64,000 nucleotides of DNA from Candidatus Omnitrophota bacterium (GTDB lineage: Bacteria > Omnitrophota > Omnitrophia > Omnitrophales > JACQLI01), in the NCBI GenBank assembly GCA_016179745.1, contig JACPCP010000008.1, positions 34,103 to 98,102 on the forward strand, given 5' to 3'. This document shows, piece after piece, positions 55,085-63,486 of this stretch (position 1 is the stretch's first letter; each line of letters opens with the position of its first letter). Below the pieces are notes generated by a model that was given only the letters and a program-made list of their open reading frames with translations, was not told the origin of the DNA and made no database searches. The position numbers were made by a program, and so were the translations under genes.

Positions 55085-56197
55085 TTAATCGGCTTGAGTA
55101 TAACTTGTTTCCCGGGTTTTCACCACCCGCTCGTAACGGCCGTCGAAGCGCTTCCGGAGGGCCCCTTTCAGCTCAAGCCGGGTCAGAAGTGCAGCGGTCT
55201 TTGAAACCGGGCCCTCGGAAATCCGGGCTGCCTGGGCCATCGAGAGAGGACGATTTCCGAAATAGGAGAGGAATGCCGTTTCACCGGGTTCCAAACCGTT
55301 TCCTTTCTCCTCCGGGACGTGCGCCCAAAGCTGCGAGCTGATTGCCTCAAAAAGTTCCTCGGGAGACTCCACCAAAGCGGCCCCTTCTTTAATCAGCTTG
55401 TGCGTCCCGCCGGAGCCCAATTGATCCACCCGTCCCGGCAGCGCAAAGACTTCCCGTCCCTCGTCCGCCGCCAAATGGGCCGTGATGAGAGAGCCGGAGC
55501 GGGAATGGGCCTCCACGACCAGGACGCCGAGCGAAAGCCCGGCAATGATTCGATTGCGCTTCGGAAAATTTTCGGCGAAAGGCTGGGTCCCCAGCGCAAA
55601 TTCGCTGATCAAAACTCCCCGCTCCCGGATTTCCTCGTAAAGCGCCTGATGTTCCCGGGGATAAATCACATCGAGGCCGGAACCCAGCACGGCCACCGTC
55701 CTTCCGTAGGAAATCTCGAGCGCCCCTTCGTGGGCCGAGCGGTCAATTCCCCGGGCGAATCCTGAAACGATCGTCAAACCCCAGGCGGACAATTTCTGAG
55801 CAAAGCGCTTCGCCTGTTCCTGACCATAGAGGCTCGGGTGGCGGGAACCGACAATGGCCACGGCCGCCTGGTCCGATTCGATCAGTTCGCCTCGCACGTA
55901 AAGGACAAAGGGCGGGTCGGAGGATTCTTTGAGGAGGGCCGGGTAGCGGGGGTCTGTGAAGGGAATCAAGTCGATCCCGAGATTTTCACAGCGTTCAATC
56001 TCCTTTCCGGGATTGAAAATCTTTTCCGTCGCCTTAAGCGATTCCCTCCATCTTGGATTTCCTCCGGATCGAATCCAGTCAAGGACCTCAGCCGGACTCT
56101 TCCCTTCTTCAAAAAGCGGACGAACGCCCGCCGCCCGGATCCCCGGCGTGCGGCTGAGAAGGAGAAGGGCTTCCAATTCGAAGAGTGTTGACATCAT
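55085..56197 (-). CDS. dprA: DNA processing protein DprA (Smf)
   Basis: From ATG 56197: MMSTLFELEALLLLSRTPGI... with VAIVGSRHPSLYGQEQAKRFAQKLSAWGLTIVSGFARGIDRSAHEGAL and SGSLITAHLAADEGREVFALPG. The start lies 4 nt after the stop of the upstream epimerase gene. Confidence 0.9.
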   Translation of the reverse strand: MMSTLFELEALLLLSRTPGIRAAGVRPLFEEGKSPAEVLDWIRSGGNPRWRESLKATEKIFNPGKEIERCENLGIDLIPFTDPRYPALLKESSDPPFVLYVRGELIESDQAAVAIVGSRHPSLYGQEQAKRFAQKLSAWGLTIVSGFARGIDRSAHEGALEISYGRTVAVLGSGLDVIYPREHQALYEEIRERGVLISEFALGTQPFAENFPKRNRIIAGLSLGVLVVEAHSRSGSLITAHLAADEGREVFALPGRVDQLGSGGTHKLIKEGAALVESPEELFEAISSQLWAHVPEEKGNGLEPGETAFLSYFGNRPLSMAQAARISEGPVSKTAALLTRLELKGALRKRFDGRYERVVKTRETSYTQAD

Positions 56198-56201
56198 CAG
56201 C

Positions 56202-57200
56202 TCATGCGACGGTCTGGCGCTCGAGAACCTGCGAGCGATACCAATCAAGGGTCTTCACGATCCCCTCCTCCAGGGTAATCTTGGGCGACCATCCGTAAAG
56301 CGATCGGGCCCGGTCGATATTGAGCTTCAAGCTGAAGGGGATGCTGGGTTTTTTCCGGTCGAACTCGACCTTTAAATTTTTCCCGGAATGTTTGATGATT
56401 TTTGCCACGAGGTCCCGGACGGCGATGGATTCGCCGGAACCCACGTTGATCAATTCAAAACCGCATTCCTGGGAGGCCACCGCCTTTTCCACAAAGGCCG
56501 TCAAATCGTCGACGTGAAGAAGGTCCCTCTCCTCAACCCCCTCGCCCCAAACCGTCACCTTCCCGTGGTCCGGGGCCGCCATCACCTTGGCCACGGTCGC
56601 CCCAAACACGTGGGACCTTTCCGCATCATATTTGTCAAAGGGGCCGTAAATATTGGAGTGGCGGATGACCGTAAACCGGGTCGGGCCAATCTTTGAGTAA
56701 AACTCGCACATCTTCTCGATATAAATCTTGGTCCAGCCGGCGCCAAAATAGGGCCCGGCCATTTGGTAATTAAAATCCGACTCCTGGACCGGCCCTTTTG
56801 CGCCCGGGGGATACACCACCGTGCAGCTAAAAAAAACAAAGCGCTCCACGTGGTTTTCGTGGCAGGAGCGCAGGATGAGAGAATTCATCACCGCATTGTC
56901 GGTCACGTGATGGTGGGGTGCGGCCAAAATCTCCCGGGCCCCCGAGGTCGTGGCGGCCGCCTGAATCACAATCTCCTTGCCCTGGACCGCCCGGTCGACC
57001 TGGGCCGGGTCCGTCAAATCCGCCTGAAGGAACGTCACCCGCCCGTCATTCCGAAGTTGGGCCGGCGGCGGGGTCCGGTGGTAGGTGCCGGTTATTTCAA
57101 ATTCTTCCTTTTTGAGAAAATGGCCCAGCAGATTCCTTCCGATAAACCCTGTGGCGCCGCACAACAAAACTTTTTTCCGTGGCTTAGACGAAGACATCAT
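56202..57200 (-). CDS. NAD-dependent sugar epimerase/dehydratase (extended SDR)
   Basis: From ATG 57200: KKVLLCGATGFIGRNL (Rossmann), with YFGAGWTK in the catalytic Y-x3-K position. About 330 aa. Confidence 0.85.
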   Translation of the reverse strand: MMSSSKPRKKVLLCGATGFIGRNLLGHFLKKEEFEITGTYHRTPPPAQLRNDGRVTFLQADLTDPAQVDRAVQGKEIVIQAAATTSGAREILAAPHHHVTDNAVMNSLILRSCHENHVERFVFFSCTVVYPPGAKGPVQESDFNYQMAGPYFGAGWTKIYIEKMCEFYSKIGPTRFTVIRHSNIYGPFDKYDAERSHVFGATVAKVMAAPDHGKVTVWGEGVEERDLLHVDDLTAFVEKAVASQECGFELINVGSGESIAVRDLVAKIIKHSGKNLKVEFDRKKPSIPFSLKLNIDRARSLYGWSPKITLEEGIVKTLDWYRSQVLERQTVA

Positions 57201-58152
57201 ACCGCTTCCCGGCCTCGGCCTTGTTCTTTTGATACCACTCCACCGTCTCGGCGATTCCGTCTTCAAAGGAAATCTCCGGCTTGAAGCCGAGGGACTCGGC
57301 CCGTGAAATGTCCATCACCCGAACCGGGTCCCCGGCCGGGCGGGACCGGTCCCAAATCACTTCGGGCTTTTTATTCAGGCGGCGCAGAATGACCTCGACC
57401 GCCTCCCGGATGGAAATCCCCGCACCCGTGCTCAAGTTGACCGGTTTCGTGGTTCCGCTTTCGGCGACCCGCAGCATTCCCCGGGCCACGTCCCGGGCGT
57501 GAATAAAATCCCGCTGGGCCGATCCGTCTCCCCAAACCCGGAGGGGGTTCTCCCCCTCCACGGCCCGTTTGATCAACGAGGGAATGACCATTGCATTTTC
57601 ACGGTCAAAATTATCGAACGGCCCGTAGGTATTCCCCGGCCGCACGATGCCGACCCGGTCCCAGCCGTATTGGATCTGATAGGCCTCGGCCTGCAGTTCC
57701 CCCATCCTTTTGGCCCAGCCGGCAAATTTGTCGTTCTCGGAGGGAAAGGTTTTCCAAACGTCATCTTCACGAAGAAGTTCCGCCGGCGAATAAACCGCAA
57801 TGGAACTGGCGTAGAGAAACCCCCTCACACCGGCCCGCCTTGCCGCCTCCATCAAATTAAGACTCAGAAGGAGGGTGGGCAGGAAAAAATTTGCGGGCTT
57901 GGCCGTGGTCACGGCCGGCGAACCTTTCACCCCGAGGAGGTTAAAAACATAATCCATCCCCTGTGAGACCTTTAGACAGTTTTCTAAAGACAAAAGATCC
58001 GTCGAAACAAATTCCGCCTGCCGATGGGCCCGGCCGGCGTCGTCCCGGGAGGCGATCCGGACCCGGGCGCCTTGGGCCACCAACATTTCAACCAGAGGGA
58101 TCCCGATCATCCCCGTGCCGCCGGCCACCAGGACTTTTTGATTCTTGAACAC
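57184..58152 (-). CDS. NAD-dependent sugar epimerase/dehydratase (extended SDR), second copy
   Basis: 322 aa. KVLVAGGTGMIGIPLV, SSIAVYS and FAGWAKRMGE (Y/K region). Confidence 0.85.
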   Translation of the reverse strand: MFKNQKVLVAGGTGMIGIPLVEMLVAQGARVRIASRDDAGRAHRQAEFVSTDLLSLENCLKVSQGMDYVFNLLGVKGSPAVTTAKPANFFLPTLLLSLNLMEAARRAGVRGFLYASSIAVYSPAELLREDDVWKTFPSENDKFAGWAKRMGELQAEAYQIQYGWDRVGIVRPGNTYGPFDNFDRENAMVIPSLIKRAVEGENPLRVWGDGSAQRDFIHARDVARGMLRVAESGTTKPVNLSTGAGISIREAVEVILRRLNKKPEVIWDRSRPAGDPVRVMDISRAESLGFKPEISFEDGIAETVEWYQKNKAEAGKRYDVFV

Positions 58153-58154
58153 GG

Positions 58155-60143
58155 CTAGAAGTGCCCCGCCAGTTGGGGGCCGACGGTCGAGTTGCCGTAA
58201 AGATAGGCCCCTTTTTTATTCCCATACCACACCACCTCCCGATACCACTCCTCCCAGGAGGTCCACGACTCCCGGCTGCGGTCAATGCGGTAACAATGCT
58301 TTTTTTCTTCCAGCGGGATTTTCACCCCCCGGAGCGCCGCCTGATAGACTTCGAAAAGGTTGTAAGAGACCTCGAGGTAGGTATCTTCCTCCTGGAAGGG
58401 ACGCTTGATCAGGGCCCGGTTCAACGCCGCCGACTCCTGAAGGATCTCCGGAGGAAGCGAGACCCCTTTCGATTCCAGGAGCTCGTGGAGCACTTGAACG
58501 GACTCCTCGTAAAAAGTGCCCAGTTTGTTTTCTGCGCAGAGCTTGATAAAAATATACTCGTCCGCCGGCCACCAGATATTCAGCCACTCGATCGAGCAGC
58601 AATATTCGGGGCCCCCTTTCTGAATGTCTTCGGCCTTCTCCAGAAAAAAGGTGCGGATCTCCGAAAGGACGGGAAAGCGCTCCGGCCCCCCCGCTGCGAA
58701 GGCCTCCAGCAATTCACGGTAGCTCAATGAACAGATTTCGTGGATCAGGACAAGGGGGATCTGCAGAAGTTTGTCGAAATGAAGCAGGCCCGTCATCCAC
58801 GAGAAGGCCCGGACCCGGCGCCAGTCCTCCGGAGGCATGGCCTGGGTCGCCACCACCAACTGCTGCGTCTCGTAGATCTCCCCCTCCGATTCCTCCAGGG
58901 AGCCGTGAATATTGACCACCTTGGTTTCGACGCTCTTCATCCCGTATTTTTTCTGGTATTCCGGGTCTCCCATTTCGGCGTTCGGGAGAATCGAGAGATT
59001 ATTGAATTGGATGCGGTTGTGCTGACCGTTTTCGATCACACGGGACACCCCGTCAACAAAGGAGTCGTAGGTCTCCCCGGGCAATGCCAGAATGAGGTCC
59101 GTGTAAGTCTCCACGTTGTCCCGGGTAAACCGCTGCTGCAGCTCCTGAAACGAGGCAGATGAAATATTGGCCCGCTTGACGCTCGTCAGCGTGTTGCGGT
59201 CGATGGATTGGAGCGAGATCGTGACCCCTTTATTCAACCCCGAATCGGCCAGGAGCTTTTGGACCTTGTAGGCACGCTCGGTCGCATTCTTCGTGTTCTG
59301 AACCGAAAGGGCACGGGGGTAGCCACGGCTTTTCTTGACGCCCGCCGCAAACTCGACAATCTCCAGGTCCCGGGGCAGGATGCCGAAATTTGCGTCGCAG
59401 CAAAAAATAAATTCTATCTTCCGCTCTGCGAACCACTCGATTTCTTGATACAACCTCTCCAGCTCAAACGTGAAGACCTTGCTCTGGACGGAGGACCCCC
59501 AGTCGCAGAAGGTGCAGGAGAAGGGGCAGCCCCGGTTCGTCTCCCACAGGATCAGCCATTGCTCCCGGGAATTAGCCTGCATCAAAGCGTCAAAGGTGCC
59601 GTCCAGGTAGGGGGAGGGAATCAGGGCGAGATCCCGGACCCTCTCCGCCTTCGGATGAGAGACGAAAGAACCGTCTTCTCTGAGGAAACTCACCGACGAG
59701 ACCTCTTCCCAGTTCCGTGAGGCCTGGTTCTCCAGGAGGGCTAGAAAAACCCGTTCCCCTTCGCCGTGACAGCACACATCAATGAAAGGGTTCTGCCTGA
59801 GGAAGTCTTCGCACCGGTCCGGGACCTGCGGCCCTCCAAAAATGATCAGGGTCTCGGGCCGGGCCTGCTTGAGGGCCTTCGCAATTTCAAGCGAGATCCG
59901 GATATTCCAAACGTAGGTGCTGAAACCGACGACCCTGGCACCCTGCAACTGCTCAACGGCCTGAGGGACCGTCAAACGGGAGTAAATGGGAAGCAGGAAT
60001 TCATATTGTTCCGGCGTCTTCGCATATTTTTCCACATAGGACTGGAGGAGACCTGCGGAATAGGGAAGGTAATTTTGGTTGGAGAAGCTGTTATTGATCT
60101 GCACCAAACCGACGCAGATCTTTTCGGGATCTCTTGGGGTCAT
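58155..60143 (-). CDS. B12-binding-domain radical SAM enzyme (class B type), function unknown
   Basis: 662 aa. N-terminal cobalamin-binding-like Rossmann region (VVGFSTYVWN...LIIFGGPQV), the radical SAM cluster motif NRGCPFSCTFCDWGS (CxxxCxxC), and a long C-terminal domain. Confidence 0.85.
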   Translation of the reverse strand: MTPRDPEKICVGLVQINNSFSNQNYLPYSAGLLQSYVEKYAKTPEQYEFLLPIYSRLTVPQAVEQLQGARVVGFSTYVWNIRISLEIAKALKQARPETLIIFGGPQVPDRCEDFLRQNPFIDVCCHGEGERVFLALLENQASRNWEEVSSVSFLREDGSFVSHPKAERVRDLALIPSPYLDGTFDALMQANSREQWLILWETNRGCPFSCTFCDWGSSVQSKVFTFELERLYQEIEWFAERKIEFIFCCDANFGILPRDLEIVEFAAGVKKSRGYPRALSVQNTKNATERAYKVQKLLADSGLNKGVTISLQSIDRNTLTSVKRANISSASFQELQQRFTRDNVETYTDLILALPGETYDSFVDGVSRVIENGQHNRIQFNNLSILPNAEMGDPEYQKKYGMKSVETKVVNIHGSLEESEGEIYETQQLVVATQAMPPEDWRRVRAFSWMTGLLHFDKLLQIPLVLIHEICSLSYRELLEAFAAGGPERFPVLSEIRTFFLEKAEDIQKGGPEYCCSIEWLNIWWPADEYIFIKLCAENKLGTFYEESVQVLHELLESKGVSLPPEILQESAALNRALIKRPFQEEDTYLEVSYNLFEVYQAALRGVKIPLEEKKHCYRIDRSRESWTSWEEWYREVVWYGNKKGAYLYGNSTVGPQLAGHF

Positions 60144-60889
60144 AAGACGTTTGGTTCTACATTCGGAGGCGGCCCGATTTTCGTCTTTTTTACTCCTGCA
60201 TAGGCGGGCGCCTCTTTGAAATCCTGATGGCTGAAAAATTCCTTAAGGATCAAAACCAAGATCGCCCATGCGGAGCTAAACTTGTTCACCTTGGAGTTCC
60301 CCCAGATTCTCCGGGGCTCCTCTCCGGGAATTTCTGCGGCCCTCAACCCGTGTTTGCCGCACAAAATACAAAATGCGGGTTCAAATCCCGCTTCACTGAC
60401 ATCGTTTTTTACCCGCCAAAGAAGGTCCCGCCGCCAGGCACGGAACATGACCAGGGAATCGGTGTAGCGGGTGCCAAAAAGGAGGTTGATCGTGCTTGTG
60501 AAAAGCCAATTCCCAAACGCTGACATGAAATCATCGTCAAAGCTTTTCGCCCCCCGGCAATACCGGGAGGCAATCACCATATCGTAACCTTCTCTTATTT
60601 TGTCGAGCAATTCGGGGATCCGTTCCGGAACTGAATTCCCATCCGGACTGAAAGTCAGGATGACGTCTCCAGTGGCCGTTTCGAGGGCCTCCGGATAAGC
60701 CTTGATCGATCCCCGGGATTTCTGACGTAAGGCAATGTAGCCGTGTTCCTGGGCATATTCGAAGGTCCCGTCCGTCGAGTTGCCGTCAATCACGATAATC
60801 TCATCCACCCATTCCCTTTTGATCCGGGGCATGATCTGGCGCATCCCTTCAATCTCATTCAACGTAGGAATGATGAGGCTCACTTTCAT
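60140..60889 (-). CDS. Glycosyltransferase family 2, polyprenyl-phosphate sugar synthase-like (DPM1/GtrB/ArnC type)
   Basis: 249 aa. VSLIIPTLNEIEG...IIVIDGNSTDGT...FSPDGN, with a C-terminal hydrophobic segment FSSAWAILVLILKEFF. ATGA overlap with the radical SAM gene. Confidence 0.8.
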   Translation of the reverse strand: MKVSLIIPTLNEIEGMRQIMPRIKREWVDEIIVIDGNSTDGTFEYAQEHGYIALRQKSRGSIKAYPEALETATGDVILTFSPDGNSVPERIPELLDKIREGYDMVIASRYCRGAKSFDDDFMSAFGNWLFTSTINLLFGTRYTDSLVMFRAWRRDLLWRVKNDVSEAGFEPAFCILCGKHGLRAAEIPGEEPRRIWGNSKVNKFSSAWAILVLILKEFFSHQDFKEAPAYAGVKKTKIGPPPNVEPNVL

Positions 60890-61544
60890 TAGAAGCTTCG
60901 GCCCTCTCCGCCATCGATGGCCACGCAGGTTCCGTTGACGAAGCTTGCCTGTTCAGACGAGAGGAAGACAATGACCTGGGCCACCTCTTCAGGAGTCCCC
61001 AGCCGTCCCAGCGGCAAAGTGGATTGAACCATTTTTTCGAAGCCGGACGGATCTTTCCCTTGGCCATGCTATACCAGGGCCGGCCACCGCCTTCCCGGCC
61101 ATAGAGAGAGGCAACGGTCACAACACGGCCCCAGTGCTGTTTCCGCATCCAGGGCAGGGCCTGTTTCGTAAACCGGAGGGCGGCCGTCACGTTTTTATGA
61201 TAAACGTCCTTCCACACTTCTTCCGGGGTTTCTTCAACGGAATCACTCCCCCAGCGGCCCCCTCCCCCCACATTGTTCACAAGAATGTGGAGGGTCCCCC
61301 ACAAACGGATCACTTCTTTCATCACCCGTTCAATGTCGCCGGCAAGAAGGGCGTCCGCCGAAACCCCGACCGCCTCGACGTCATGGGCCTGGATATCCCG
61401 CACGGCCTGGTTGAGCCGGTCCTCTTTTCTTGCCGTGAGGGCCACGTGGCAGCCCTCCCGGGCCAGGGCGTGTGCGGTCGCTAGCCCGATCCCGTGACTC
61501 CCGCCCGTCACCAGAGCGTATTTACCCTTGATTCCCAAATCCAT
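60889..61544 (-). pseudogene. Short-chain dehydrogenase/reductase with internal deletion and frameshift
   Basis: Frame A: YALVTGGSHGIGLATA...NNVGGG...through the catalytic YSMAK (near nt 61060), then nonsense. The canonical SDR C-terminus KDPSGFEKMVQSTLPLGRLGTPEEVAQVIVFLSSEQASFVNGTCVAIDGGEGRSF-stop is in another frame and ends in TAATG, overlapping the GT2 start. About 30 aa between YxxxK and the PG..T region are absent. Confidence 0.7.
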
Positions 61545-61553
61545 CTTTGAACC

Positions 61554-62594
61554 TCAAAAGGGCCCCTTGAATTTCCGCTCATGACTGTAAAAATCTTCCT
61601 TTGTAAGATCGATCGGGGGCAGCCCGAGTTTTTCTTCCGCCGTCCGGATGATTTCCTCGGCGTTGGGGTAGAACTCATTCTCGAGACAGCGGACGGTCGG
61701 GCAAGGTGTAGGGGCAAAGCCGATTCTCTTCACGGGGGATTTTAACCGGCCAAAACATTTTTCCGAGACCCGGGCCGCCACCTCGGCACTGAAACCGCAA
61801 TCGAGCCAGTCGTTATCGGCCACAATACAGTGTCCGGTCTTTTCGACCGACTGGATCACAAGACGATCGTCAAAGGGGGCAATGGTCCTGGGGTCGACGA
61901 TTTCCAGGCTGACCCCTCTTTTTTCCAAAACCTCGGCCGCCTTCAGGGCCTCCACATTCATCCAGGAAGTAGCGACCACCGTCAAATCGTTCCCCTGCCG
62001 CAAAATATTTCCTTCACCGAGAGGAATCGAAAATGGCTCCTCCGGAACTTCTTCCTCCGCCCAATACAGCCAGCGGTGTTCCAGAAAAAGAACCGGGTTC
62101 TCATCCCGAATCGCTGCGGTCAGAAGCCCTTTCGCATCCTTCGGGGTCGTGGGAAGAACCACTTTCAAGCCGGGAATATGGGCAAAGAGGGCATGAACAC
62201 TCTTGCTGTGTTGATAACCCTGTCCCCACCCCCGCCCCACAACGGCTCGAATCACGAGAGGCACCTTGACGTTCCCACCGTGGCTGTAACTATAGGTAGA
62301 GATCATATTCACCAACTGGTTCATAGCGAGCAGAAGAAAATCAATCCGGATATGAATATGAACGGGACGCATTCCATTGATGGCCGCCCCCAGGCCAAAA
62401 CCGGTCATGGCTTCTTCGCTAATGGGAGTGTCAAAGCACCGTTCGGGACCAAACCTCTCGGCCAGGCCGGCCACCGTGCCAAAAATCTTCGAATGGGCCG
62501 GCACCGTGACCCCATAAACAAAGACCTGGGGGTCCCGCTCCATCTCCTGCCACAGGGCCTCCCGGATCGCTTCGCCGAAATTAATGCGTCTCAT
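61554..62594 (-). CDS. TPP-dependent 2-oxoacid dehydrogenase/transketolase-like E1 component, beta subunit
   Basis: 346 aa. FDTPISEEAMTGFGLGAAINGMRPV, then the C-terminal transketolase-C-like domain (LEIVDPRTIAPFD). Confidence 0.85.
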   Translation of the reverse strand: MRRINFGEAIREALWQEMERDPQVFVYGVTVPAHSKIFGTVAGLAERFGPERCFDTPISEEAMTGFGLGAAINGMRPVHIHIRIDFLLLAMNQLVNMISTYSYSHGGNVKVPLVIRAVVGRGWGQGYQHSKSVHALFAHIPGLKVVLPTTPKDAKGLLTAAIRDENPVLFLEHRWLYWAEEEVPEEPFSIPLGEGNILRQGNDLTVVATSWMNVEALKAAEVLEKRGVSLEIVDPRTIAPFDDRLVIQSVEKTGHCIVADNDWLDCGFSAEVAARVSEKCFGRLKSPVKRIGFAPTPCPTVRCLENEFYPNAEEIIRTAEEKLGLPPIDLTKEDFYSHERKFKGPF

Positions 62595-63486
62595 AAAAAA
62601 CTCCCCGGTGTAAATCTTCGGATGGCGGGAAGGGTGCGGCCTGGGCGTTCCGGAGACTCTTTTCGAGATGGCGGTTGATTTTCTCCTCCTCCTCGGCGAG
62701 CTCCGCTTCGCTCCAGCCCTGACTCAAAAGCCTTTTTCGCTGCAGGGCAATCGTGTCCCGTTTGAACCATTCCTCGAACTCTTCCTTCGAACGGTAGCCG
62801 AGATCAAAGTCCTCTTGGATCCCAATGTGATCGAGATACCGGTAACACTTTAAATGAAGAAACGAGGGCCGCCCCTCAGACCCGATGGCCTCCACGGCCT
62901 GCCGGACCAGGCGGTAAAGGACTTCGACATCCGTTGAATCAGATTGGAAGGTGGAACATTCAAAGTTCCGCACAACCTCCGTAATGGACTTGAAGCCCTG
63001 CCGGACATCCTGTTTGGTATGAATCGCCAATCCGTTGTCTTCGCACACAAACAAAACCGGAAGCTTCATGACCGAAGCGGCGTTCAAACTTTCCCAAAAA
63101 ACACCCTCCTCCAGCGCACCGTCGCCAAAAAAGGCGCATGCGATGCGGCCATTCCCCTTCCTTTTATTTGCAAAGGCCGCCCCGACCGCCAACGGAATGG
63201 AGCTGGCCACCACGGCCGAGGTGCACAGGAGGCCCTTGTCGGGGGCGGCCAAATGCATCGAACCCGCCCTTCCCGAAGCAGAGCCCGTGACCAGGGCGTG
63301 ACACACCGCGGTGGCCGTGGCCTCCTGCCCCATCGACATGTGCATGGGAGTCTTCATCTGGTCTTCGGGATAATGCCGGATGATCAGGCGCTCGGCCTGC
63401 CGGATCAGGTATAACTTTCGATACAAATCAAGACCCGGCCTATTTTCTGTTTTGTTTTTCAAAGTCTCCGTAACTGATTTTTTCAC
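62581..63486 (-). CDS. TPP-dependent E1 component, alpha subunit (shortened: lacks the conserved segment between GQEA and GSMH)
   Basis: 301 aa. MSMGQEATATAVCHALV-TGSASGRAGSMHL...FFGDGALEEGVFWESLNAASVMKLPVLFVCEDNGLAIHT. Only 18 residues separate GQEA from GSMH, versus about 50 in canonical E1 alpha (compared from my memory of PDHA1). Confidence 0.75.
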   Translation of the reverse strand: MKKSVTETLKNKTENRPGLDLYRKLYLIRQAERLIIRHYPEDQMKTPMHMSMGQEATATAVCHALVTGSASGRAGSMHLAAPDKGLLCTSAVVASSIPLAVGAAFANKRKGNGRIACAFFGDGALEEGVFWESLNAASVMKLPVLFVCEDNGLAIHTKQDVRQGFKSITEVVRNFECSTFQSDSTDVEVLYRLVRQAVEAIGSEGRPSFLHLKCYRYLDHIGIQEDFDLGYRSKEEFEEWFKRDTIALQRKRLLSQGWSEAELAEEEEKINRHLEKSLRNAQAAPFPPSEDLHRGVFYETH

